A program made the position numbers and the translations under genes. Source: a virus. From it: a DNA stretch of 64,000 nucleotides. The stretch lies in IMG/VR virus record IMGVR_UViG_3300027541_000695, positions 5,639-69,638 of that record; one strand, written 5' to 3'. This document shows, one piece after another, positions 6,940 through 17,060 of this stretch (position 1 is the first letter of the stretch; every line of letters starts with the position of its first letter). A model generated the notes under the pieces. The model made no database searches, had not been told where the DNA came from, and saw only the letters and a list, made by a program, of their open reading frames with translations.

Positions 6940-8742
6940 ATGGCAATAAACGTAAGTTTTAACGGAGCTACAATATACAAACCAGGCGCTTATTCGAAGG
7001 TCTCTATTGATCTCAGCGGTGGTTTTCCTCTTAGCCCGACTGGCCTTGTAGCGATACTTGGGGAAGCAGATGCTGGTGCACCTGGGGCTTCTGAAGTAAA
7101 CATCGCAAATAATGTATTTAGTCCAGAACAGCTTCCAGAGATAAAGGCAAAATATGGCAGAGGTCCAATAGTTGACGCGTGCAACCTTTTGTTTGCTCCT
7201 GGCTCTGATGGTGCAATACCAGGCGGAGCTCAAGCTATATACATTTATAAAACTAACGCATCTGTTAGAGCTTCTCTTGCTCTCGCTGGTTCTTATGGTA
7301 CAGTTCAAGCAAGAGAATGGGGTGTAGGCGGAAACAGAATAACTCTTAAGATAACTGGCTCCGGTGCTACTAGAAATTTAACGCTCTCTCAAAAAAGAGA
7401 TTTGCTTGTAGAAACTGCAACCGTTGGTGGTAATGTACTTGTTACTGTAACAAATGCTACTGCTGGTTCTACTGTTTCTATAGACGATAACAACGTTGTT
7501 CTTTTTAACGGAACAAGCTCTGTTTCTCTTCCTAAGGCAAGTTTTGGCAGTGTTGCCGATCTTGCAGAAGCAATTAATTTGATCCCTTCTTGGAGCGCAG
7601 TTTTAACCGCAGGACAAGATTCAAGACAATCGGTCAATGTTCTTGACCACGTATCTTCTCTTGACGCCGTTTCTGGTGCAGCTCTTAAAAAAGATGCAGC
7701 AGAAGTTGCAGCCTTCTTTGAGGCATCTAGCATAGCATCTCTTGAATCTGGCGCTAAGGTAGGTTTGCCTGCTGCTCTTGCGGAAGCCGCATTGTCTGGC
7801 GGCGCAAAGGGCGCAACTAGCACTTCTGAGATAGTTAACGCTCTTAGTAAGTTTGAAAAAGTAAGAGTTAACTCTGTTGTGCCTCTTATGTCTCGCGATG
7901 CGTCAGACGATGCAGCAGACGGACTCACTGAATCTGGGTCTAATTACACTATAGAAGGAATACATCAAGCTGTTAAGACACATCTTAGCTTGATGGCTAC
8001 TACTAAGAAGAAATCCGAAAGACAAGGATATCTTTCGTTGAAGGCCGATTACGCTGATTGTAAACAAAGAGCGCAAGATCTTGCCGCGGCAAGAGTTCAG
8101 CTTGCAATTCAAGATGTTCGTCAGGCTGATAGTGATGGCGTCATAAGATGGTTTCAACCTTGGGCCGCAGCTTGCTTGCTCGCAGGCGCAAGAGGCGGAT
8201 CGCCAATCGGTCTTCCTATGACCAATAAATATTTCAATATGAGCGGCATACGCCAAACAGGGCAATCTATGTCAACCGCAGAAGCGGATATAGTTCTCGA
8301 CTTTGATCCTGATACTCAATATGATGATGCTATATCCAGCGGTATAAGTTTCTGGGAAAGACCGCAGTCTGGCGGATTTCGCCTTGTAGTCGATAACACT
8401 ACTTACGGAAAAGACGGAAACTGGGTATATAACAGAGCTAACGTTCTTTACGCTGCCGATGTTCTTGCATATGATTTCAGAAATCAGCTTGAAAATCTTT
8501 ATGTCGGTGTTAAAAACACCGTTAGTGCTGCAGAAGTTAAATCTACTTGTGAATCTATACTTACAACGTATTTAACTCAAGGTATTACTGTAAGTACTGC
8601 AGATGCTAAAAATGGCTTTAAACAACTCGTAGTGCAGATAAATGGCAACACGATAAACGTTTCTGTTGTTGTTAAGTTAGTAGAAGGAATTGATTTTGTT
8701 CTCGCAGATATAACCCTGCAGAGAGCACAGCAATCCGCTTAA
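6940..8742 (+). CDS. Contractile tail sheath protein
   Basis: N-terminal YKPGAYSKV..VAILGEADAG and C-terminal LYVGVKNT..INVSVVVKLVEGIDFV are typical of sheaths. 600 aa, followed by a terminator. Confidence 0.9.
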   Translation: MAINVSFNGATIYKPGAYSKVSIDLSGGFPLSPTGLVAILGEADAGAPGASEVNIANNVFSPEQLPEIKAKYGRGPIVDACNLLFAPGSDGAIPGGAQAIYIYKTNASVRASLALAGSYGTVQAREWGVGGNRITLKITGSGATRNLTLSQKRDLLVETATVGGNVLVTVTNATAGSTVSIDDNNVVLFNGTSSVSLPKASFGSVADLAEAINLIPSWSAVLTAGQDSRQSVNVLDHVSSLDAVSGAALKKDAAEVAAFFEASSIASLESGAKVGLPAALAEAALSGGAKGATSTSEIVNALSKFEKVRVNSVVPLMSRDASDDAADGLTESGSNYTIEGIHQAVKTHLSLMATTKKKSERQGYLSLKADYADCKQRAQDLAAARVQLAIQDVRQADSDGVIRWFQPWAAACLLAGARGGSPIGLPMTNKYFNMSGIRQTGQSMSTAEADIVLDFDPDTQYDDAISSGISFWERPQSGGFRLVVDNTTYGKDGNWVYNRANVLYAADVLAYDFRNQLENLYVGVKNTVSAAEVKSTCESILTTYLTQGITVSTADAKNGFKQLVVQINGNTINVSVVVKLVEGIDFVLADITLQRAQQSA

Positions 8743-8748
8743 GATATT

Positions 8749-8777
8749 AAGGCCGGGCGTTATGCCCGGCCTTTTTT
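8749..8777 (+). terminator. Rho-independent terminator
   Basis: AAGGCCGGGC-GTTAT-GCCCGGCCTT followed by a T tract, right after the sheath stop. Confidence 0.9.
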
Positions 8778-8792
8778 CATGAAGGTGTAAAC

Positions 8793-9458
8793 ATGTCAAA
8801 TCGCCCAGACTGGTCTCAGTGGATATTGCAAAAGAACAACGAAGCTAAGCAAGAAGAGCTTAGAAAGAGCGATTCTGTTTGTAAAAAATGCAATAAAGCT
8901 AAATGTAAATGCCTTAAAAAATCTAAAGACATGGCAGGCGATAAAGTAGACTCAAGTATGTTAATGTCTGAACTTGAATCTCTTGAGCATCATATAAAAG
9001 AAATAAGAGAGCACATAGATCAAGCAGAAATTGCTCCTGATTGGGTTAAAGCTAAGGTTTCAAAGGCTGCGTCGGGATTGTCTGATATCGCCCATTATAT
9101 AATGGGACTAAAGGAAATTAAAAAGGGTGAATCTGCTGAATTAGAAAAAGCCTTAGAAGGAGCAAGAAATCCTAAAAGAGGCGATCCGATGTTCGAACCT
9201 ACTCATCTTCGCGAATGCGCTACCTTAAGTCATGAAGATGCTAAGAAGAGAGCTCATCAAGTAGTTAATGGTGCCAACGCTAGACCAATTACCAAAAATA
9301 GAGCTAGACTAATGATAGATAGAAGCAAAAATGTACCTCATCTTCTTCAGGGGATGACTAACTACATGCTCGCACACCCTAGCGAAAACTTAAAGGTCGG
9401 CAGAGGTGTTGGGCCTAGCTTACCAGACGAAAGAGACGGCGGTTCAGAAGCAGCTTAA
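8793..9458 (+). CDS. Hypothetical modular protein, possibly an internal head protein
   Basis: CxxC..CxC patch, APDWVKAKVSKA helix, repeated LRKS/LKKS/IKKG/LEKA. Sits between sheath and tube. Confidence 0.55.
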   Translation: MSNRPDWSQWILQKNNEAKQEELRKSDSVCKKCNKAKCKCLKKSKDMAGDKVDSSMLMSELESLEHHIKEIREHIDQAEIAPDWVKAKVSKAASGLSDIAHYIMGLKEIKKGESAELEKALEGARNPKRGDPMFEPTHLRECATLSHEDAKKRAHQVVNGANARPITKNRARLMIDRSKNVPHLLQGMTNYMLAHPSENLKVGRGVGPSLPDERDGGSEAA

Positions 9459-9496
9459 ATTTATTTTAGGTTAGTTTCGAAGTTTAACTCTTTTTG

Positions 9497-9505
9497 TGTT
9501 ATAAT
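9497..9505 (+). promoter_or_regulatory. Extended -10 promoter of the major tail tube gene
   Basis: TGT-TATAAT, with an AAGGA SD before ATG 9571. Confidence 0.55.
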
Positions 9506-9570
9506 TATAAAGTTACAATTAAGTAACAAAATAGCAAGGTAAAGGGAACCGCAACCCTAAAGGAAACAAA

Positions 9571-10137
9571 ATGGCAGACATAAAACCATCTTTTATAACA
9601 GGCGCGTCAGCAAAGATAACCGTAGGTGGTAAAACTTTCGCATACGCAGCTGACGTATCTTACTCTGTGGCAGTTGACACGATCCCCATAGAAACAATGG
9701 GTCGCTATGAAGCTGTGACCAACGAACCAGTTAACTACTCTGTAGCAGGCGAACTTAGCATAGTTAGATATACTAACGTAGCATCTGGTTCAACTGGAAA
9801 CAATCCCTTTGGAACCGCAGATGGAACTGGAAACGGCGTTAAAGCATCTGGCCTTCAAGGATTCTTTGATCCTGCAAGTATATTAGCTTCAAAGAGCGTA
9901 GATATAGTTATATATCAGAAAAAAGCAACAAATACGACTACTGGCAGCGGAGCAGCTAGTAGTTCTGCAGTTGAGACTGTTAGAATAGGAAGAATCATAG
10001 ACGCAAGAATGAACCGCTTGAGCGGCGGTATCAACAAAAGAGGCATATTGGTTGAGCGCATGAGCTTCGTAGGCATCCTGTTTGACGGCGATGATTTTGA
10101 CGCAGGTAAGTCTGCAGATAAAGATCTTTCAACCTAA
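9571..10137 (+). CDS. Major tail tube protein
   Basis: FITGASAKITVGGK..VSYSV..PIETMGRYE..Y.V.GELSIVRY tube pattern. Has its own promoter and terminator and follows the sheath. Confidence 0.8.
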   Translation: MADIKPSFITGASAKITVGGKTFAYAADVSYSVAVDTIPIETMGRYEAVTNEPVNYSVAGELSIVRYTNVASGSTGNNPFGTADGTGNGVKASGLQGFFDPASILASKSVDIVIYQKKATNTTTGSGAASSSAVETVRIGRIIDARMNRLSGGINKRGILVERMSFVGILFDGDDFDAGKSADKDLST

Positions 10138-10155
10138 TAATTAATGCACAATATT

Positions 10156-10186
10156 AAAGCCCTGCCAGTAATGGTGGGGCTTTTTT
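10156..10186 (+). terminator. Rho-independent terminator
   Basis: AAAGCCCTGCCA-GTAA-TGGTGGGGCTTT followed by a T tract. Confidence 0.85.
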
Positions 10187-10238
10187 ATTTACAGTAATGC
10201 GCGACAGTTTTTATGGTATTATTTAGTGAGAGGTCATC

Positions 10239-10940
10239 GTGGCAGGTGTAAAACCATTTTTTATAACGGGCGCAAATGCAAAGATAAAGATAAACGGTAA
10301 AACGTTAGCTTTTTGCACTGACCTTTCTTACTCAATACAGATAGCGCATCAAACGCCTAAGGTTCTCGGCATGTACGAAGGCTCTTCTGTTGAACCGCTT
10401 GGATATACTGTATCTGGCTCGTTCAGCGTAATTAGATACACTAAAGATGCCGCAATGGCGACTGGCGCTGATTCTACGCCGTATGGTATATCCGAGAACG
10501 ACGCGGGTAACGGAGTAGGCAACATGGGTTCTGCATGGGGTGGCAAGTTCGGCGATTTTCTTAATAGGAACGGCATAGGTAACGACGGCAGGACTAACGA
10601 AGCACTAAATCCAGGTTTGCTGTCTAACGGTACGACGTTTGACATACAAGTGTATCAAAAGGTTCCTGGGCAAGGTGGCGAGGCTGGAGGTTTCTTTGGC
10701 GCTACTCAAAGAACCATAAATGCTGTAAGTGATATATTGACAGGCGGAACCGGCGTAAACGGTTCTGTTCCTGGATTAGTAGGCGTAGCTAACATAAGAA
10801 ACTGCAGAATAACTCAAGCTGACTTTAGTATATCAAAAAGAGGGGCTGCCATGCAACGCTTTAACTTCGTTGCGCTGTACGCAGACGAAGATAGTTTTGT
10901 AGCCGACTTCAGCGGAGTCGGGCAGCAGTTCGAGGGATAA
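10239..10940 (+). CDS. Tail tube paralogue 2
   Basis: KPFFITGANAKIKINGKTLAFCTDLSYSI aligns with the 9571 protein. GTG start, GAGAGG SD, TGG-TATTAT at 10214-10222. Confidence 0.75.
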   Translation: MAGVKPFFITGANAKIKINGKTLAFCTDLSYSIQIAHQTPKVLGMYEGSSVEPLGYTVSGSFSVIRYTKDAAMATGADSTPYGISENDAGNGVGNMGSAWGGKFGDFLNRNGIGNDGRTNEALNPGLLSNGTTFDIQVYQKVPGQGGEAGGFFGATQRTINAVSDILTGGTGVNGSVPGLVGVANIRNCRITQADFSISKRGAAMQRFNFVALYADEDSFVADFSGVGQQFEG

Positions 10941-10943
10941 TAC

Positions 10944-11582
10944 ATGCCAAAGGGTTTTAACAACGTACCGCCTCCAGGTCAAGGTTTACTAGATAACGTA
11001 GTTGGCGGAAATATAGGTGGCATATTCTCTACTAGACCTACTGCCAAATACGCAAGCGGCGCTAGGTGCATACTTAAGATAAACGGCGTCATAGTAGGCT
11101 TTGCATTTGGCATCTCATGGAGAATAACTACAGCCGTGACAGAGATCAACGCCATAGATGATCCTTTCACCAATGAGTTAGTTCCAACAAGATGCAGAGT
11201 AGAGGGATCTATATCCGCTCTTCACATACCTGGAGTTAGTGCCGGTACTAAAGGCTGGCAAGCCAATGCTTTATCCTTCTTGTTTCAAAAATATATACAA
11301 ATAGAAGTTAGAGATTCAAAGACAGACGAAGTTTTATTTTTAGCTTCTAAAGCCATGATAGTCTCAAGGCAGGAAGAGATAAGAGTGGATCAGCTAGCCA
11401 ACGTGACTTTGACTTTTCAAGCCATAGGTTGGCAGGATGAAAAGGTCCCGACTATACCTGAAGGATATACTTCGGACGGTAACTCAAACAATTCTCAAAT
11501 CGGACAACCTAAAAAGACGCCAGCTGCAAATTTCAACGATATCACTCTCATGCCTACTATGGGTGGCACGATGAAAGGTTAA
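10944..11582 (+). CDS. Tail tube paralogue 3 (tube initiator-like)
   Basis: YASGARCILKINGVIVGFAFGISWRI..EINAIDD..VEGSISAL shows the same tube pattern. Confidence 0.7.
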   Translation: MPKGFNNVPPPGQGLLDNVVGGNIGGIFSTRPTAKYASGARCILKINGVIVGFAFGISWRITTAVTEINAIDDPFTNELVPTRCRVEGSISALHIPGVSAGTKGWQANALSFLFQKYIQIEVRDSKTDEVLFLASKAMIVSRQEEIRVDQLANVTLTFQAIGWQDEKVPTIPEGYTSDGNSNNSQIGQPKKTPAANFNDITLMPTMGGTMKG

Positions 11583-11640
11583 TTTTATACACTTTTTGAT
11601 ATCTTTACCATATTAAGGTATAATTAAAAAGAGGTTTATT

Positions 11641-12021
11641 ATGGATTTACCGAACAAGGAACATGTTTTTGATTTTCAGCACACTGGTATAGACACCGGT
11701 AAAAAATACGAAGGCAGATTTACTGTCTTATGCGTACTCAACATGGGACAAAAGCATAAACTAGAGCTTGAAAAAACAAGACTTCTTGGTAATTATCAAA
11801 ATCCAACAGACGGTCTTCTTGGTATGGCTATAATTTTAGCAACTCTTAGAACCAAGATAGTTGATGCACCTGAATGGTGGAAACAAAGCGTAGGCGGTAC
11901 TTTAATAGAAGACGAAGACGCACTAGTAGCACTTTTTGATAAAGTAGCTGCAGCCGAGGAAGAATGGCGCCAGAAGATGAAAGAGAAAAGTCAGAAAGCG
12001 CAAGAGACTTTACAAGCTTAA
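11641..12021 (+). CDS. Tail assembly chaperone
   Basis: YEGRFTV..ATLRTKIVDAPEWW motif. Lies between tube and tape measure; GAGG SD; TATAAT at 11619-11624. Confidence 0.7.
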   Translation: MDLPNKEHVFDFQHTGIDTGKKYEGRFTVLCVLNMGQKHKLELEKTRLLGNYQNPTDGLLGMAIILATLRTKIVDAPEWWKQSVGGTLIEDEDALVALFDKVAAAEEEWRQKMKEKSQKAQETLQA

Positions 12022-12461
12022 TAGATCAGATAAGAACCGTAGCAGCAGCTAACGCACGTTCTGATCTCTCTGACGAAAAACAATTAATACTTTTTCTTCA
12101 AAGTTGGTGGTCTAAAACTTATAATAGGCCACTCAAAGATCCTTTATTGCTTTCTTATACATTAGAAGAACTTCTTTATGAATTTTACGACAAAATAGAG
12201 CGTAAAAAGGCAGAACAAGAACGAGTAAACTCAGAAAATGATAAGATAGAGGCAGACAAGGAAAAAGAGGTTCTTGATTGGGCTGAAGAGGAAGAAAGAA
12301 AAGAACTCGAAGCTTTAAAAAAAGAAGCTGGTAATAAGCAAGAAATAGATCCAACCAAAGATCCTGATAACGTCGCATGGATGGAAAAACAGTTACAGCA
12401 AGGTAAAGCTATTTTTGGTGAATCATTTGGCGAAGATATAGAAGAAAGTTTTAATGAGTAA
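11964..12461 (+). CDS. Second tail assembly chaperone
   Basis: WWSKTYNRPLKDPLLLSYTLEELLYEFY motif and an acidic tail. Overlaps the first chaperone in the -1 frame. Confidence 0.65.
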   Translation: MAPEDEREKSESARDFTSLIDQIRTVAAANARSDLSDEKQLILFLQSWWSKTYNRPLKDPLLLSYTLEELLYEFYDKIERKKAEQERVNSENDKIEADKEKEVLDWAEEEERKELEALKKEAGNKQEIDPTKDPDNVAWMEKQLQQGKAIFGESFGEDIEESFNE

Positions 12462-12466
12462 TTTTT

Positions 12467-15382
12467 ATGGCCGATAATGACGACGTCAATAAATCAAAAA
12501 ACATAAAACCAGTCAACGGTAATCCTGACGATTATGCGACTAGAGGAATTAGCGACGTTGACAGGATACTAGAAAAAAGCCAAAGAAGTACTGGCCAAGA
12601 AGTCATTAAAAGTAAAAAATTAGCCGAGCACGAAAGAAACATTGAAAATATTAATACGGCTATAGAATCCGGTTTCTATCCTTCGTGGGCACTTAAAGAT
12701 TTTCAAAAAGAAAAAGTAAAATCAACAATACAAATAGCTAAAATTAAAGATCAGCTGTCAACACAAGATACTTTAAGGCAAGAAAGAAGCATAAATGAAT
12801 TAGGATCTTCCGTGCGCGAGTATTTTTCTTCTTCTTCGGTGAATGGTTATCGTCAAGAAATCGCAAGAACAACGTTTGCTCAAGACTTTGGACGCCAAAT
12901 GATGAATTTGTCGCCTAATGAATTAGAACAAAAAAAGGCAAGATCTGCTGTAGCTAGAACTCAATTAGAAAAGCAAGCAACGAATCTTGCAGAGAGAGTC
13001 GCATCTGGAGATATTGGGGCTAAACAAGAATTAGAGGCGGTATATAAAAAGCACGAAAGACAGATAAAATTTGAAGCAGCGATAGACGTAGCAGAAAGAA
13101 GACAAAGGGCCGCAGGTTTAGACGTTGAATCGCAAGAAGAAAAATTTTATAAAATTGGTGCTAAAATTAGAGCCGAAAAAAGACAAAGTACGATAAAAGA
13201 AGGTATAGCATCTGGGGAAATAAAAACAGATGATCAAACATTGGCAGACCTTAATAAAAAACAAAAGGAATTAAAGGATAAATATTTAGAAGAACAAGAT
13301 AAGCTTAATAATGCAGTTGGTAAATCAGCGGAAGAAATAAGAACTAATTTAAGTAAATTAAGCACGGCCTTAGAAGAAAATGCTGAAAAAATAAGCGAAA
13401 TTGAAGACGTAAAACAAAGAGAGCCACAGCGATTTTCTAATGCAGCCAATTATTTAAATTTATTAAGCTCAGGCTTTGGGGCGTTTGGCGGAGCAGCTCA
13501 ACAACTTCTAGTAGGTCAAAGATTAACGTCGATGCAAAATAATGCGGGTTTTGCTCAATGGGAAAATTTAAAATATCAAACGTATAAGTCTGCTAATGCT
13601 GGGGATGTTATGTCTCAGTTGTTACTAGCAGGCTTTAAATCGGATGAAGATTTTGGGGCTGAAGTTAGAGCAGGTCAAATAGGCGCGAATGCGGCTAATG
13701 CATTGGGTGGTATTTTTCAAGTAACATCTGGCGCTATTAGAGCCAAACATGCCGCGCTTGAAGAAGTAAACCCACTTGCTCAAAGTTTTGGAACTGCTAT
13801 AAATGCTACCCAGAATTTACAAGCAGGCGCGATGGATGTGGTTGGCGGCACGGCGTCTTTAGCAGTTCAAGCTGGCGATGTAATTAGAGGCAATTCAACT
13901 GGGCAGGCAGATTTGAGCGCAAGACATTTAAGTCTTGAAGCAAGAAAGGCTCTTTACGCTATAGGAGCAGAGCAGCTTCAAGGTTTAAGAGATTTTGGTG
14001 TTGGCATGGGGAGCGCCGCCGCATCAATGGGTGGTGCAGCCGGAAGCGCATTCTTGCAAAGAAATTTATCTAAAACAAATATGGTTCAACTGTCTGGGTT
14101 AGAAAGAATGAGGGACGCTAGAATATCTCCAGAGCAGATGGCTCAGATGAGTGCTTTTGGTGCACAAGAAATAGGAAGCGCATTTAACGAAGAACAGATT
14201 TATGCTGCAAGAGGTTTAGAGAGATCTGGTTTTGGCAATATGCAGACAAACATGCAAAGAATGGCATCATTAGCTGCAGCTGGAGCCAATAATCCTGACA
14301 GCAGCCTGAAGTCTGTTTTAGAGGCCGCATTTTCAAAATCTCTTGAAGGCTCTAAGGTCCTAAATGAGATGGTTGAATATACAGGGGCGATGGCATCTCA
14401 ATCGGTCGGTAGACAAATGGGACTTGATGTTACGGCGGAAGCTGCGCAATTATTAAGCGCTGGAGTCGACCCTAACGCTAAAAATAAAGAGGTTGCTCTT
14501 TCTTTAGCTGCAACCTCCGCAGAAAAAATGCGCCAAATAAGTACAGATACCGGCGTTAATTATTCTGCTATGGCTGCCACAGCAAGAATAAGTAAAATGA
14601 CCAAATTATCTGGCGTAGAAGCGATAATTGCTCAAAAAATGACTGACGAAGATCTTATAAAACTTCAAAATACTAAAGACCCTGAAGAAATAGGAAAAAT
14701 GCTCTTTGAACAAGGCATAGATGTAAAAAAAGGCGAGGAAACGGGATTAGTAAAAAAATTAGTAAAGGCTAGACTTATAACAAATCTTCAGATGGGTTCT
14801 GGTGGAATAGGGTTGGGAGTAGACGCTGAGGCACTGGCAGATAAAATCATGAGTGGTAAAGAAATATCACGCGAAGAGGAGCTGTTATTTAATCAGGCCG
14901 CAAGGATTTCCGGCGTCGGAATTGGGTCACAGGCACGTAGAGCTTCGACTGCCATAATCAATAAAGAGCCAAACGCAATAGGCAAAGAAAGAGCAGACAA
15001 AGCTTTAAGAGGAGAAGCGGGCGACGAGCTAATGAAAACCCTTGACGACATGCGAACTCAAGGCTTTAAGCAATTAAGCGCTGCAGCCTTAGAAGCTACA
15101 GCCGGTTTCAAAAATGCGACTGAGGCACTTAAGGCATTAGGGCTTTTAGCAAAAGAGAGTGAAAAAGCCGTAGATGGAACAGAGCGTAAAGCTAAAGAAG
15201 CTGCAGCAAAATCGGTTGGAGAGTCAGGAAAAGAAACACTATTATTTAATGAATCCGTTAACGATTTCTCAAAAGCAGTAGATAAACTAGTAAAAATGTC
15301 GGGCATGAGTAGAGGCGAAAATGCAGACTATGTAAACTGGTTGATGGCTAGAAAAAGCACCAAAATAGGTACAACAGATTAA
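12467..15382 (+). CDS. Tail tape measure protein
   Basis: 971 aa, Ala/Gly/Gln-rich and helical/coiled coil, directly after the two chaperones. Confidence 0.8.
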   Translation: MADNDDVNKSKNIKPVNGNPDDYATRGISDVDRILEKSQRSTGQEVIKSKKLAEHERNIENINTAIESGFYPSWALKDFQKEKVKSTIQIAKIKDQLSTQDTLRQERSINELGSSVREYFSSSSVNGYRQEIARTTFAQDFGRQMMNLSPNELEQKKARSAVARTQLEKQATNLAERVASGDIGAKQELEAVYKKHERQIKFEAAIDVAERRQRAAGLDVESQEEKFYKIGAKIRAEKRQSTIKEGIASGEIKTDDQTLADLNKKQKELKDKYLEEQDKLNNAVGKSAEEIRTNLSKLSTALEENAEKISEIEDVKQREPQRFSNAANYLNLLSSGFGAFGGAAQQLLVGQRLTSMQNNAGFAQWENLKYQTYKSANAGDVMSQLLLAGFKSDEDFGAEVRAGQIGANAANALGGIFQVTSGAIRAKHAALEEVNPLAQSFGTAINATQNLQAGAMDVVGGTASLAVQAGDVIRGNSTGQADLSARHLSLEARKALYAIGAEQLQGLRDFGVGMGSAAASMGGAAGSAFLQRNLSKTNMVQLSGLERMRDARISPEQMAQMSAFGAQEIGSAFNEEQIYAARGLERSGFGNMQTNMQRMASLAAAGANNPDSSLKSVLEAAFSKSLEGSKVLNEMVEYTGAMASQSVGRQMGLDVTAEAAQLLSAGVDPNAKNKEVALSLAATSAEKMRQISTDTGVNYSAMAATARISKMTKLSGVEAIIAQKMTDEDLIKLQNTKDPEEIGKMLFEQGIDVKKGEETGLVKKLVKARLITNLQMGSGGIGLGVDAEALADKIMSGKEISREEELLFNQAARISGVGIGSQARRASTAIINKEPNAIGKERADKALRGEAGDELMKTLDDMRTQGFKQLSAAALEATAGFKNATEALKALGLLAKESEKAVDGTERKAKEAAAKSVGESGKETLLFNESVNDFSKAVDKLVKMSGMSRGENADYVNWLMARKSTKIGTTD

Positions 15383-15388
15383 AGCAAT

Positions 15389-17059
15389 ATGGCTAACTTT
15401 AAAATTAAAACTCCTCATGCTGCTATAATAGTATGGAACTATGTAGATAGAATATCTGCAGATGGAGTAACTAATTTAAATAAGATAGAACCTAAAATAA
15501 TAAGCACTATTTCATGTATTTCTATTCAAATTGCAAAAAGCAAATCTAATCCAGTTGGGACCTTTGAGATAGTATTAGCTCCATCCAAAAATTGGCTTTC
15601 TACCTTAACTGCAGGTAGCTGGTGCTGCATATTAATGTCAAATAGAAAAATAACAGAAGATGACATAAAAAAGGCTAAACCAGATACGCTTAAAATGATA
15701 GGCAAGATAGAAAGCGTAAGGCTAGAAACTAGGCAGAACAATGACACAAGGCAAACTAGATATGTGGTAACTGGCGTCGATTGGGGTTATATTTTTAATA
15801 ACAATATATATATAGATAATTTAATAGGCGCCGGCCAGGACCAAAATCAACAAAACGCTTTAGCTATAGCAATAACAAACGCAAGCACTGGAAACGGTAA
15901 TTCACCCAAAAGCTTTTCAATAGATAGCAACCTTAAACAAGTAATAAGCATATTTGGGCAATCCTGGAAAGGCACAAAGGCAGTTGGAGATGATATAGGT
16001 AGATTGGATAAATCTGTTTATAATTTTTCCATACCTGCCGACATGGCTAATTTTTTAGGTTTAGTAAACGCTCAAGATGAAAAACCTAAAGACGTTAATA
16101 TAAACAACATACTTAAATTAGTGTCTGGTAAACTTATTGATAAAGATAAGTATGATGGTAAACCTAGAGCTGAAGGTTTTTTAGATCCATTTGGAATGCA
16201 GGGAACAAATACTTTTTGGCAAATACTACAAGACAATAGTAACCCAGTCATTAATGAAATGTTTAATGATATGACTTGGACATCAAAAGGGCTTTCTTTA
16301 ACGTTATTCAATAGAATTAAACCGTTTTCTTACAAAAACAAATATAGCACAAAAATATCTCTTAGGTCTGATTTTAAGAAAATTAAAACACATAAAATAG
16401 ACTCTGTTAACGTAATATCCATATCCGCGGCAACCAATTGGCGAGATAAATACAACTTTATAGAAATACGACCCGCGTTTCCTGATTTCTTTATGTTAAA
16501 CAACATGATAAAACAAAAAACCCAAGAATTTGATTCTAAGGCCTTTAAAAGAGAAGGTTTTAGACCCTTAATAGTGAGCACCAAACAGTTTCCTGTTGGA
16601 AAAAAAAATGACAAAACGCCAGTAAAGCTAGATCTAGAAAAACTTAAAATTTGGGCAATGTTATTAAGAGAGTGGTATTTTGATAATCACAGGCTGTTAA
16701 ATGGATCTATTTCAATGACCGGAACAACAGAATACATTGGCGTCGGAAATAACATAATGGTAGAAGCGCACCTAATTAACCCTAATTTAAATTTTACTAA
16801 GAACGTATATGAAAGCAAAAATAAGGTGTTTCTACTTGCTCATGTAGAAAACATTAGTCATTCATTTAGCGTTGATGAAAACGGCGGCAGAGAATACATA
16901 ACCAATATTCAATTTGTTAGGGGAATTTTTGTAAACGAAAATAACGAACTCATAGGAGATGCTTCCCTGGATAAACTGTCGGATAGTTTAACTAACGAAG
17001 AAGACATTAATTCAAAAAATATTGTAAACGTGCTTAAAGAGGAAGATTTAGAGAATTAG
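15389..17059 (+). CDS. Baseplate hub protein (T4 gp27/Mu gp44-like)
   Basis: SIQIAKSKSNPVGTFEIVL at the N-terminus and NGSISMTG..IGVG..HVENISHSF..TNIQFVRG at the C-terminus; follows the tape measure. Confidence 0.7.
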   Translation: MANFKIKTPHAAIIVWNYVDRISADGVTNLNKIEPKIISTISCISIQIAKSKSNPVGTFEIVLAPSKNWLSTLTAGSWCCILMSNRKITEDDIKKAKPDTLKMIGKIESVRLETRQNNDTRQTRYVVTGVDWGYIFNNNIYIDNLIGAGQDQNQQNALAIAITNASTGNGNSPKSFSIDSNLKQVISIFGQSWKGTKAVGDDIGRLDKSVYNFSIPADMANFLGLVNAQDEKPKDVNINNILKLVSGKLIDKDKYDGKPRAEGFLDPFGMQGTNTFWQILQDNSNPVINEMFNDMTWTSKGLSLTLFNRIKPFSYKNKYSTKISLRSDFKKIKTHKIDSVNVISISAATNWRDKYNFIEIRPAFPDFFMLNNMIKQKTQEFDSKAFKREGFRPLIVSTKQFPVGKKNDKTPVKLDLEKLKIWAMLLREWYFDNHRLLNGSISMTGTTEYIGVGNNIMVEAHLINPNLNFTKNVYESKNKVFLLAHVENISHSFSVDENGGREYITNIQFVRGIFVNENNELIGDASLDKLSDSLTNEEDINSKNIVNVLKEEDLEN

Positions 17060-17060
17060 T

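Noticed and set aside
9537-9570. 5' leader AAAGGGAACCGCAACCCT, loosely similar to AAAGGGAAAGTGAAC at ~36999, as a possible riboswitch or operator
   Set aside because: Only a 4-bp stem and a short purine-rich match; insufficient evidence.
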